Shown: in pieces, positions 27,601 to 48,772 of the stretch
How the letters are laid out: every line of letters starts with the position of its first letter
Position numbering within the stretch: the stretch's first letter is position 1
NCBI GenBank assembly: GCA_012295275.1
Contig: CM022673.1
Location: 23,064,001-23,128,000, forward strand
Source of the DNA: Chrysomallon squamiferum
Lineage: Eukaryota; Animalia; Mollusca
Length of the DNA: 64,000 bases
Direction: 5' to 3'
Made by a program: the position numbers and the translations under genes
The notes under the pieces: generated by a model
Seen by the model: the letters and a program-made list of their open reading frames with translations, nothing else
Databases searched by the model: none
Told to the model about the DNA's origin: nothing

Positions 27601-30600
27601 ATCCGCTGATTTCTGTTATTTTAAGAGAGGTGTGAAGGTAATTAATTATAAGGCGAACGTACGTAATGTGAATAACTGACGCTATTTTAGGTGATGGAAG
27701 CGGAAAAAGAGAAAAGTTTGAGCGAGAAAGAACACCTGAGGCGGTCGCAGGTGTTTGTTGAACTCGAGTCCAAACTGCAGACGTTAGAAAGAAAATTCAA
27801 AACTTCCATTGCCAAAGCAAGGTCAGAATTACCCACAGTTTGGAATAATCGTGAAAGAAAATATCATGAAACACATAACCAGCAATATCAGTAACATTCA
27901 ATACAAACAATAACACCCACACACACTACTATTACAAAATTAATAATATTATAATAGTATCATTAGTACCTTAAATATCGCTACTGCAACATCACAATAA
28001 TATTACCAGTACCACCAGTATTAATAACTCAGCAGTAGATGTATTTGTTTTGTCAATTCTATTTCTATCATTTAACATTTCTTCTCATTCCAGTCAGAGA
28101 GAATATGTAGCAACAGAGTCAGTATATTCAAAAGAATGAATAATCGTTAATATTGTCAAAGCATTTAGCTAAGCAGCACTATTTTTAACACAAAATTATT
28201 TGTTAAGATCATGACATGATTAAGGCTAACTATCAGCGACGGTCCCAGGATTTCTGAAAAAGGCGTTGTCGCTATCGTTATGTTGAATATAAAATTAATA
28301 ATGAAATGAGGTTCATTATGAACAAAAAAATACAGGTTGAAATGTAAAGGTATTGTGCTTAGGGACCACCCTTTCATGAATTCCCATTTAGAACTCTAGG
28401 AAAACCGCTGATTTGCGAATGTGAAGGTCAGGGTTAAAGCTAGTACATTACCAGCGTCGTGTTTACTTTTGAAAGAGTTAAAAATACCTGTCTGTTAGAC
28501 TGGAAAAAAGCACAGATGTTTTGTACATCCATTCACATGTGATTGTATTCTCCGTTCTTTTTTTTTTTTCTAATTTTTTTTCTTTCCTATATCGTCAGCT
28601 AAACCTATTAGGATGACATATTGCCGTCAGTGAAGCATGCAGCCGTATTTACTTAATGTATATACAATATCTATTTTCATTACCACAGAGGTCGTTCGTG
28701 CATTCAGCAACAGAACATATTCTTTAGGATCTGTTCTTTTTGTACATATCCAGTATATTCGGGCGTGACTGCACGCCCACATATATATAGATAGATATAT
28801 ATACTGCGTGTGTGTATATCGGTATGTACATACATATACAAGTACCGAAATCAATGAACTGTGCAAAGTTAGACTGAATGCATGTGTATGTGCATGTTTG
28901 TATGTGTATATGTATACATATGTGTACACATACATACATACACACATACATACATATACATACAAATATATGTATATGAATAACTGTATAATTTGCAGGT
29001 GGTTTGTATCGAATATGTATTAACTGGAATATTTTCATTAAATTATTTTAATTATATATATATATAATGCACAAACATAGAAACACAATTTATTTTAGAA
29101 AATAAATTCAAAGAATTTATATCAGAACATATCAGGTCATATTTGTCAAAATGACAACGTAATTTTTAAAGCACATACCACAGTAATGGAAAACAAAAGT
29201 AAAAAAAAGAAAAAACTCTGTACTTCACAAATGCTTTCTGGAACGGTAAACCATCAGCCCTTTCGCAGGAAGCGGAGAAGACGTAAACACTATGTCTTTG
29301 ATGTTTATTTACTGAAAAACGGCAGACTCATTAACAAGTTATTCTTTCTTCATATTCTATTTAGCATCGTTCTGGGTGCCGACTTCGAGTTATTGCAATT
29401 TGTTTAATCATTCTCTGTAAAAACAATTTCACAACTACCTGTTTCGTCAGATTAATTCAGTCGTGAAACATCTTGGGCTGTAGTCGGAAAAACGTTTTCC
29501 CAGTATATTCTAATTTGTACTGCGTATATATTAAATAAACGATTACTGAGCATATATTATATAAACAATTACAAGACTTATTTTTCCAAGTCATGAAAGA
29601 CTCGTAACATGATTTCTTTGGTCAATCACATTTTTTGATTAGACAGAAAAAAAAAAAGAGGTAAATATTGTCTTCTCATACTACTATCTATCGAAAAATG
29701 GTATTAGAACATACCTTGTCATATAAAAATAGATAAGCTGATATTTGTACTTACTAACATTGTGTTAATAAGAAACACGCTTAAGACTTGAACATGCAAG
29801 TAATGGTGTGTGTAATAATGTTTTAATAGTCGATAGTCGACAAGAATTAATATAAACCAGATTACAAAATTAAACAGTCCTTACGTAATTGAATTACGAG
29901 ACTGAGTAACAGCTCTGTTTACTAATTTGTGATATTCACCTAGCTCATATTTTATAAACACGTGTACATAAACACACAAACACACACACATCTGGTTTAA
30001 TTAATGAGTAAACTGAGTAAGCATTATTTTCTAAAATAAAATGTAAATTGGTTGTTAATTTATATACATTAAATTATAATATATTTTATAAATCAACATT
30101 TGGTTATTATCTAGTATTTTCTTTTAAATTTAGTCTAATTAAGCCTTAATCACATGCATTACATTAGCCTTTTGTCTTTGTTCTATATTTTTACTTATTT
30201 ATTTAAATGTTTAATAATCAGTGATTGACATTACACGCTACAGTGGTTTTTAAAAAGAACTCGATTCATTAATAATTTGTAATAACCATCTAACATGCAC
30301 CGAGTATTTGAGAAAGATCTAAGGTTATTTATCTGTGCCTGTCTTGGTGAAAAGATTAAAACCACATGTCTGCAGTTAAAGTAGCGCTTATTTGAAAGCA
30401 AACAAAAAACAGAATCTTTTTTCATTTTCCATAGGCTCTGCCAATACGATTTTTTCCAGAACTATTTGTTTTATTTCCTTTTTTCAATGTGAAAAAAAAA
30501 GAAATCAAAAATCAAAAAATCAAAACAATTCTTCATTTGTTTTCCTGTTGTTACTTTTATAAATGAAATTAAAAAAAAACAATTTTTTAATTTTATGTTT

Positions 30601-32453
30601 TGGGGAAAATTGCATTGCGTTTATTATTACTACTATTGCTGTACTACCAAACTGCTATTTTCTAATAATAGGACTACTACTACCACTATTACTACAATAC
30701 TGTACGACCACTTTACTATAACCACAACAACAATCGTTACTAACACCGCTACAACGATTTTTACTATTAATACTATTACTAACAGTACTATATTACTTCT
30801 GTTGAAAATGCTCTCATTGTTTGACTACTAGTTATTATTTCGGTTATACTACAATTACTACAATTATTAAAAGAATAATAATAATATTTTTTCTTTTTAC
30901 AGACCATATTTTGAAATGAAAGCACAGTGTGAATTAAAACTCAAGGTAAATAATGTTTGCAAAGTAATCTGTGAAAGATTTTTGATTCCAGACTGTATAA
31001 ATATATACATTCATTTGTACCTTATTGAATTTTCATAGCTATATGTAGGAGAATAATTTATTCGATCATCATTTATACGTTGACCAATACGATATATATA
31101 TATATGTATATTTATATATTATCCTACCACTGTAACCACATTACCTATGTCAGTTTATAACAGCAAGTATTATCACGTACACAGTTAATATTTGTTTGAT
31201 TAGTAACTTATTATGTATCATGTATGAGGGTAAATTTGATAACGGTATGTGAGACTTATATTACTATCGGTCGTATCAAATTACACTTAATATCAATATA
31301 ATCATTATGTGTTATCAAATTCGATTGTTCCAGCTAAGGTCATATCAACTTATTATTATATGATTATAGTATATGTAATAGCATATTATCCTCGTCAGGG
31401 AGTTTGCAATCATATAAATATATATATATATGTACGTACATATATACATACATACAAATTACATCAGTTTAGATCCTGATTTATAACTAGAACAAATTAT
31501 ATTATACTAAGATTATAAAAAAAAAAATGCATAAACTTAGAAATCGTGTTATTTTCATATATATCCTTTAATCATCTCATGACAAAGTATGTCGATGAAA
31601 TTGTTTAGGTATAGTGAAATGGTTTAGATATTTCTTATATTATATAACATTTTCTAAATCCGATCATTTAACTTTTGAAACGCACATTAAACGTAATAAC
31701 TAGTACTTGTGACGTGTAATATAAACTTTTACATTAGCTGCGTTTTAATGTTTTAACTGATACTGAAATGATCGTCATCGCGTATTTTTCAGTAATTCGA
31801 GGTGTGATGAATGGCGAAATTTGTCGTTCTCGGTGCTTTCATGGGTTATTTCCCATTCCAGTAAATACTGTTCATTTAGCTTTATTATCAATGAGAAGAT
31901 AGAAACAAAATATATAATTTCTGCTAAACGATAAAAGTTTCCTTTCCCAGGTCCTTATCACCGAAAAAGCACCTAATAACTGTTGATATTAAAATACGTT
32001 GAAATGTCGTTAAACAAAACATTCATTTATTCAGTATAAAGCTTAGTTCGAGAAAGGAATAAACTTCTTGGAGAACATGAAACTATTGGTACATTTTTCT
32101 TAGAGATAATATTGTTTTCAAAAACAAAATGGAAGAACTGATTTCTCTACGAAATGATGATATTTACAGCAACAGAAGCAGAACGTGTATGATTTGCAGC
32201 AGGCAATCGCGTCTGCCAAACTGAAGTATGCAGACGCTTTGACCCGCCTCGAACACATCTCTGAGGAAATCCACGAATCTCGGCGCCAAAAGATTCTACT
32301 CATGTTCCCGCGCGAACCCGGAGTTGGGGCGGACAGCGACAGTTTGTGTTCCAGTACATCAGAAACCTGCATAGGTTGTTTTGTTTGCTCAGTTTGAAAT
32401 ACTGTTTATTTAATTTTGTCTTGACAATGATGATGATGATGATGATGATGATG

Positions 32454-32517
<64 letters not shown>

Positions 32518-33537
32518 CCATGACGACGACGATAATATTAATGAAGAAGACGTAAGCTTTAATTAAGAAGTTTTCTAAGGTTTTTTTAACGTTTCTCGTT
32601 TTTCAGTTTGTCACTAATATGGCATCTAAAGTTTGTCCCAACTGTCAGTACGTCAGTCATTCAGATAAAAGACTACTGAACTAATTTAACATATTTTCTT
32701 ACTCTCTTCTTTTACTGAATTTATTATAATATATGTTTTAAAATATTACTCCAGATGTAGTTATTGAACATTACTATTATTTTTTTTATTTTTATTATTT
32801 TCATAATTTAAAACAACAACAACATCAAAAAAACAAAAACAAAAACATTTTAGTCAGCATTTATCAAGGAACTTCTTAATTAATTACTTTTTTACTTCAT
32901 TTTAATTCCAGAGAAGACACTGTTTCCGTCAATGATGTCAAAGAATGATGCCGACCGCAAGGCCGATTCGCCATTCTCGTCAGATCAGGACGATGACTCC
33001 GTGTTCAGAGTAAAGAGATCTTTATCAGATCCTTGCGCAGGCTCAGTAACCACCACAGAGTTTTCAAACAAACGAGAAAAAAACAGTTTTTCCAATTCCC
33101 CGACTAAAGATAACAAATGTACGCGAAATGACGAAACTCCACGACTCAGATCTTCAGGAAGCGGGTCTAGTGTTCAAGAAAATGTGCAACACGATTCAGT
33201 AAAGGACCAAAACGTAGACGATTCATCACGTGACTGTGGAGCAAACAACATAAAATATATGAGAACAAGTACATTATCATCTGATCATAAAGAAAATAAA
33301 GAATTACATGTTAATATATCCCACGAGAGAGAACCGGGTAGTGGCTCTGAAACTCATTCACTGTCTTCAGACATTTATTCAGAATCAAAACATTCAGACA
33401 CTGAAGTATATCGTGAACAAATTGACCTATCTCGTGAAGAAACAGTTTCTGAAAATGATTCAAAAACGGTAAAGGGTGATTTTAATGAGCTTTCAGACAC
33501 TGATTCAACAAGTAATATAATTTGTATAAAACTGTGA
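16689..33537 (+). CDS. SH3BP5: SH3 domain-binding protein 5 (Sab/SH3BP5 family, Rab11-GEF-type coiled coil), 475 aa, 8 exons: join(16689..16739,23993..24055,25685..25813,27012..27191,27691..27821,30903..30945,32170..32374,32912..33537)
   Basis: Family motifs recognised: EEVLDPRIQKELDNLN, RAAKETIALAEEKL, AWQEMLNHA, SIAKARPYFEMK, LEHISEEIHESRR, REPGVGA. All introns GT-AG with consistent phases (total 1428 nt). Confidence 0.93.
17185..17265. repeat. (GT)n microsatellite
   Basis: Direct reading. Confidence 0.95.
17841..17894. repeat. 27-bp tandem duplication
   Basis: ATAATACGTAAATAATTCRGAGTAAAA x2. Confidence 0.8.
17970..18110. repeat. (AAT)n/(AGT)n compound microsatellite
   Basis: Direct reading. 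Confidence 0.9.
21850..22540. repeat. Degenerate ~43-44-bp minisatellite, roughly 15 copies, in SH3BP5 intron 1
   Basis: Consensus ~AAATATTCATTCATTCAGTGTTTGACGTAATGNTANTGTTATAG. Confidence 0.85.
23993..24055 (+). CDS. SH3BP5: SH3BP5 exon 2
   Basis: KELDNLNQYSSEINRLENEID; tttcag / gtaagt. Confidence 0.9.
24578..24958. repeat. (TG)n at 24578-24663 and (CATA)n at 24828-24958
   Basis: Direct reading. Confidence 0.9.
25685..25813 (+). CDS. SH3BP5: SH3BP5 exon 3
   Basis: EARSQYRSTFAESSKSMEQMGRKIKKQIQRARQYYEIKEAAVT. Confidence 0.9.
27012..27191 (+). CDS. SH3BP5: SH3BP5 exon 4
   Basis: AQSEVLRSARQFQTATGIYRAAKETIALAEEKL...AWQEMLNHAYIR. Confidence 0.92.
27691..27821 (+). CDS. SH3BP5: SH3BP5 exon 5
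   Basis: VMEAEKEKSLSEKEH...FKTSIAKAR, phase-2 donor. Confidence 0.92.
28233..28410. mobile_element. Degenerate MITE relic (GGCGGATCCAGG-type ends); related fragments at ~10633, ~17353, ~34523
   Basis: Starts cagcgacggtcccagga and ends ctaggaaaaccgctga; similar GCGGATCCAG end motifs recur elsewhere in the window. Confidence 0.35.
30903..30945 (+). CDS. SH3BP5: SH3BP5 exon 6 (43-nt)
   Basis: (R)PYFEMKAQCELKLK; ttttacag / gtaaat. Confidence 0.9.
32170..32374 (+). CDS. SH3BP5: SH3BP5 exon 7
   Basis: QQKQNVYDLQQAIASAKLKYADALTRLEHISEEIHESRR...REPGVGADSD. Confidence 0.9.
32427..32520. repeat. (ATG)n(ATA)n microsatellite
   Basis: Direct reading. Confidence 0.9.
32912..33537 (+). CDS. SH3BP5: SH3BP5 exon 8 (Ser/acidic disordered C-terminus)
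   Basis: ttccag acceptor in phase 1 with exon 7; runs into the 201-aa ORF 32932..33537. Confidence 0.82.
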
Positions 33538-34822
33538 TATGATTCTAAAGGACAATTAAGGGATATTAAAATGTTAAAATCTTTGAGCCGTTAATTCAAA
33601 ATCGCAACCGTTTGGTGTTGATATGTGTATAGAAACGTTTATTAATCAAACAGTTTCCGAGCACGATGTTAAAACTTAGCAGATGTGAAATGATGAAACA
33701 TTTACAGCTAATGATCCCAACATCTAAAATTATATTTTTTCTATCAGTTTCAGAAATTTCAGTCATCACCTTAATATACGTTAATGACAGCTGGGCCTGA
33801 TTTAGTCATAAGCTAAACAAACTGCAGCTTAGAACTTCAACGTTCAAGAAGGCCACTGAGACTTGTTGCACCTTCCTTATAGTTTATATGTAAAATAATT
33901 AACAACAAATAGCATTAATAAATTCTTGCCAACTTCTCATTCTATGTTAAAAGAGTTCGAGTTTGATCTATACAATATGTCTAAGTTTTCACTGGATGTT
34001 TTTATAGTATTTCTTACATACGCACTGTGTGAATATGAAATCTGAAGTCTTTGTTAAAGCGCGCGTTCTCAGGGAGTGTTGACACATAACTGATGATAAT
34101 TTGTAACAAAGCCCTTAATTCAAGGAGTCTATTAGCACGTCATGATTCGTTATCGAACGTTGTGTTGTTTGTAAGCAGTTTAATCAAATTATTCTGAAAC
34201 CTGAAAAAGTGCGTGAACACTGGTTAATGACTATAAACAGAACATTTTGCATTCTCTGTTTACGTAATAGCTCACTTAAAAACCAAAATAAATCTATTAT
34301 CTTGAATAGTTTTCTAAATAACTTTTCTTTTTACTTGCATAATAATAACAATGATTATTTATTATTTAATTCACGAGTTAAATTATTACATTCTTCCATC
34401 TTTGATTACTTAAATAATTTACATAATTTAGTAAGAATTTATATATTAAAGAGAAAAAGCGATAAATTCAGGTGCCAACATGATGATAAAGTTTCTTTCT
34501 AAAGAAAATAAAAACTACAGTGTCCCCCTGGATCCGCTTATGAAAACCTTTTGATATCTACAATATTACATAATAAAATACATTTCAAAGTTCCAACGGT
34601 TTGTTTAAGAAAGTTATCTGACTGATATAATAAATATGTGTCCAGATGATCCTCACACGCTCTGTAACTAATTAGATTTGCCTGTCTGATATCAAACAGT
34701 TCAAGGTGTAAGGCGATATGGAAAAGTCACGAACGGAAATTACGTCACAATATTCAGTAACTCATACGGTTCTTTCATCTTACCAAGTTATAAGAAGAAA
34801 TAATGTAACAAGTGTTGTGGCA

Positions 34823-35070
34823 TTTCACTATCCCTGTATCTCTCTACCTCTATAATCTGTATAGCTAGTGTATGTTTATCTACTTATATATCTGCATTTC
34901 TGTCAGTGAGAAAATATATATATATTTTTTTTTAAGTCGCTGGCACAGGTTATGTTTCACTATCCCTGTATCTCTCTACCTCTATATCTGTATACCTAGT
35001 GTACGTTTATCTACTTATATTTCTGTCAGTGAGAAAAAAATGTATTTTTTTAGGTCGCAGACACAGGTTA
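34823..35070. repeat. Tandem duplication, period ~132 bp, 2 copies
   Basis: TTTCACTATCCCTGTATCTCTCTACCTCTATA...GTCAGTGAGAAAA...CACAGGTTA at 34823 and 34955. Confidence 0.9.
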
Positions 35071-35550
35071 CAGTCATTCGAAATTTCGTTCAAAGTTCCA
35101 TCACATTATTAATTTCTTTTGATATTCAAAAGTGTAGTCATGCGATTTTAATAACCTCAGAAAGGTCTTACAGTGCAGCTGAAAATGAAAATCTAAAATT
35201 ATATTTCCCTGAAACGAGTTCATCAAACATTCACTGGCTGTAAATCACCCGACCACCCTTCAACTTCCGCTTTCTCAGGATGTGGTCATCATGTTTTTAA
35301 GCTAAAAGGTCATACCACACACATACACAGGTACAAATAAATCTCGCCACATTTTATCTGGAAACTGGTACGGGCAGATTGCTTTCTCCAGCAGCAAAAT
35401 TACTCTTTATTATACACAAACACTTTCTGTAACCACCTGGCTTGGCTTGATTTGCTGGCTAGAAGTAAACTTTAAGTTAACCTGACGAGTTAGATAAAAC
35501 GATACGGAAAGGTTATTAATATGTACTGACTGATGCCTTTCTTTACCGAA

Positions 35551-35604
<54 letters not shown>

Positions 35605-35708
35605 GTATTTTATTTTTATTAGAGTAGTAAACAAACCATACTTATTTCCGCATCATTTACCACTTAAAACCATTTCGACAATTTAAGATTTGTTTTCTTT
35701 ATTTATCG

Positions 35709-35743
<35 letters not shown>

Positions 35744-35764
35744 TGAAGAGAGTCGGGAGGGAGT

Positions 35765-35858
<94 letters not shown>

Positions 35859-35875
35859 AAACACACACACACACA
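35551..35875. repeat. (ATT)n tracts plus (GA)n at 35767-35855
   Basis: Direct reading. Confidence 0.9.
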
Positions 35876-36327
35876 TAGACGGAGATAGAATATGAAACCC
35901 GTTTCTATCAGAAACTTTCTCACAACACGACAACAGCATTTCAGATTATAAACAGCCCAGAGGATATAAATAATTATGTCAACACTCCTTATACAGTTAG
36001 TCCTATTTCATACTACAAACAGCCCGTCAGTGCTGGGAAGGAATGTGAGAGCATTTCGTACACCAGGAAGTGAGAATTAATAACTGGTATATAATTCACT
36101 AAAACCGGTATCCGAGTTCAAAATACACCGCGTCCATTGTTTGGGGCATCCTCATAGACTGGTACTCACTGTGGGATTGAAATTTAGCGGAAAGGCGTTT
36201 AGTAGTTTGGCACGTGACTTCAACAAAAGAACGCTCCATTTCCAGATGATATCGCGAGTTCAGCAGACAAATTAAGATAAGAAAAGCATTCCCCAGCAAG
36301 AACTGCTTGCAGTATATCCTATTTATT

Positions 36328-36476
36328 TTGCCTGACATTCTTGTGGATTTTTAAAAAAAAAAAAATTTTTTAGAATATACTGAGAAAATAGATGTAAAGT
36401 TTAGAATTTGCCTGACATTCTTGTGGATTTAAAAAAAAAAAGAAAATACACTGAGAAAATAGATGTAAAGTTTAGA
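36328..36476. repeat. Tandem duplication, period ~80 bp, 2 copies
   Basis: TTGCCTGACATTCTTGTGGATTT-polyA-CTGAGAAAATAGATGTAAAGTTTAGA twice. Confidence 0.9.
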
Positions 36477-36728
36477 TTGAAAAACGAGTGGTTTCGAAAC
36501 TTAAGCTTTGGTGTAAATATTTCTGCTGACATAAATGGTGAAAAAAAATAAAAAAGGGAATATGAAATCTATTGAGAATATCTTAAATTTTAATATCAAT
36601 ATGGTGCAAATGTGCAATGAGATTTTACAAAATGATTAATAATAATAAAAAGCTGCAATATTTAAAATTTTTCTTCTTCTTTTAAATAAATTTTCTAGCT
36701 TATGTTTTTTATTCATTTGTTTGATTTA

Positions 36729-36768
<40 letters not shown>

Positions 36769-38327
36769 AACACACACATAAATACATAAATATTTCAAGA
36801 CAACTAAAGATTTCAGTCCAGCCATTACAAATACCCAACTTTTATACATGCGTAGACGTAGATACGTATATGCCTGCTTTCTTCGATCTTTACGCCTTTA
36901 ATTTTTCTCAAGTGCCACGATCTAACAAATACGATGCACCGCTGGATATTGTGCTTTGAGCAGATACACTTTTTCTTTTCTTGCGCGTAGTTTTTCTCTA
37001 GCAGAAAGCAAACGTCTGTCATAATAGACTGTTTCGTATTTACTATATACATCTGGTAAATTAAACAGGAAAATATATCGGCAATAAGAATCGGTAGTGA
37101 AAAAGGACGAAAGTATTTTCCGCGAATGTTGTCGAAACTGTCTGACTGGACCTGCCTTTAGGGCAGCGGTCTGTATTCTTTAACGTCTGCTTAGGTTTCG
37201 TGTGGAAAGCAGACGAACAACGAAGCGGTTTGCGAAACACTAAGACGCTTAAAGGATGATTGTTTACAAGTAGGTTGTTAAAACTGCGAAAGACGATATG
37301 TGTTAAAAAGTTCTTCTTAAATGGATCTAAAAAAAGGCAGCTTATGTCGTATTTTTATTTATACAGGTTTTTTCGTGTGTCTAGAAGAATAAAGGATGCG
37401 GATAATCTTAACTGTTAGTCTAGACGTTTGAAAAGACCGTTGAGTTATGAATTAGGTCTTTTAAAAAGTTGTTTACATTGTTACACTTTTTCTCATTTCT
37501 TCTGTATTTACTTATGTTTCGAAAAAGAAAGGAGCGAAAATAGAGACAGGCGACACGGTGTAACTGAAACTGTAAACACAGAGATGCTATTAGCTGTTAT
37601 GGAACAATCCAGAAAAACATTTTAAATTACGACCGTGAGTTTAAACTGAGTTTTACTACACTGGCATTTTTATTGCCACGAAACGGCTGCACAGCAAGTG
37701 AATGACAGCTGCAAATCCTGATTCCAGTGAATTAATACATGGATGGTTTCTTTCAAAGAACAGAGAAAAATTGTCTTGGCCGTACCCGTGTGTCCCATAA
37801 CAACCGAAGTGCAAATTAAGCGCCTGCGCGGAATGGTCTGTTTCCCATGAATGTTGCACAACCAGGAGTTATAAGTGTTATTAAAATTGAGCACTTAACC
37901 GTACACTTACAGAATAATCCTCCGCACCTGTATCTTATCGCCTCGCACCGAAACAGACGGCGGGTTTCAGTCAATGGATTTACGCATGATGGTCCAGCGT
38001 TTCGAGAACTCACGACCGGCTTTTAAAGGACCGTTTGAAGTGCAGTGTGTAGTGTATGATACCAGGAGGATGTGATAAGCCGTGGTTAACCTTTTGGGGG
38101 AATCCAGTACTATCTACGGTTATCGGAAAAACCGCCGAGAAGAGCCTGTCATCAGAAGCAAGAAATGGTGTATTCAAGATAGACAATCATATCGTCTTCT
38201 TTTTTCAGATGTATATTTATATATGTGTGTGTGTGTGTGCGTGTTTTTCTCTGTGATTCATCTCAAAGCATAAATATGCTTGCAGTGCTTTGATAAAAAA
38301 AAATTTGTTACACTCCAAATCGTAACA

Positions 38328-48772
<10,445 letters not shown>

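Noticed and set aside
35465-35515. Hammerhead-like core CTGACGA-GTT...AAC-GATAC
   Set aside because: GATA replaces the invariant GAAA, and there is no stem III partner or properly placed cleavage triplet
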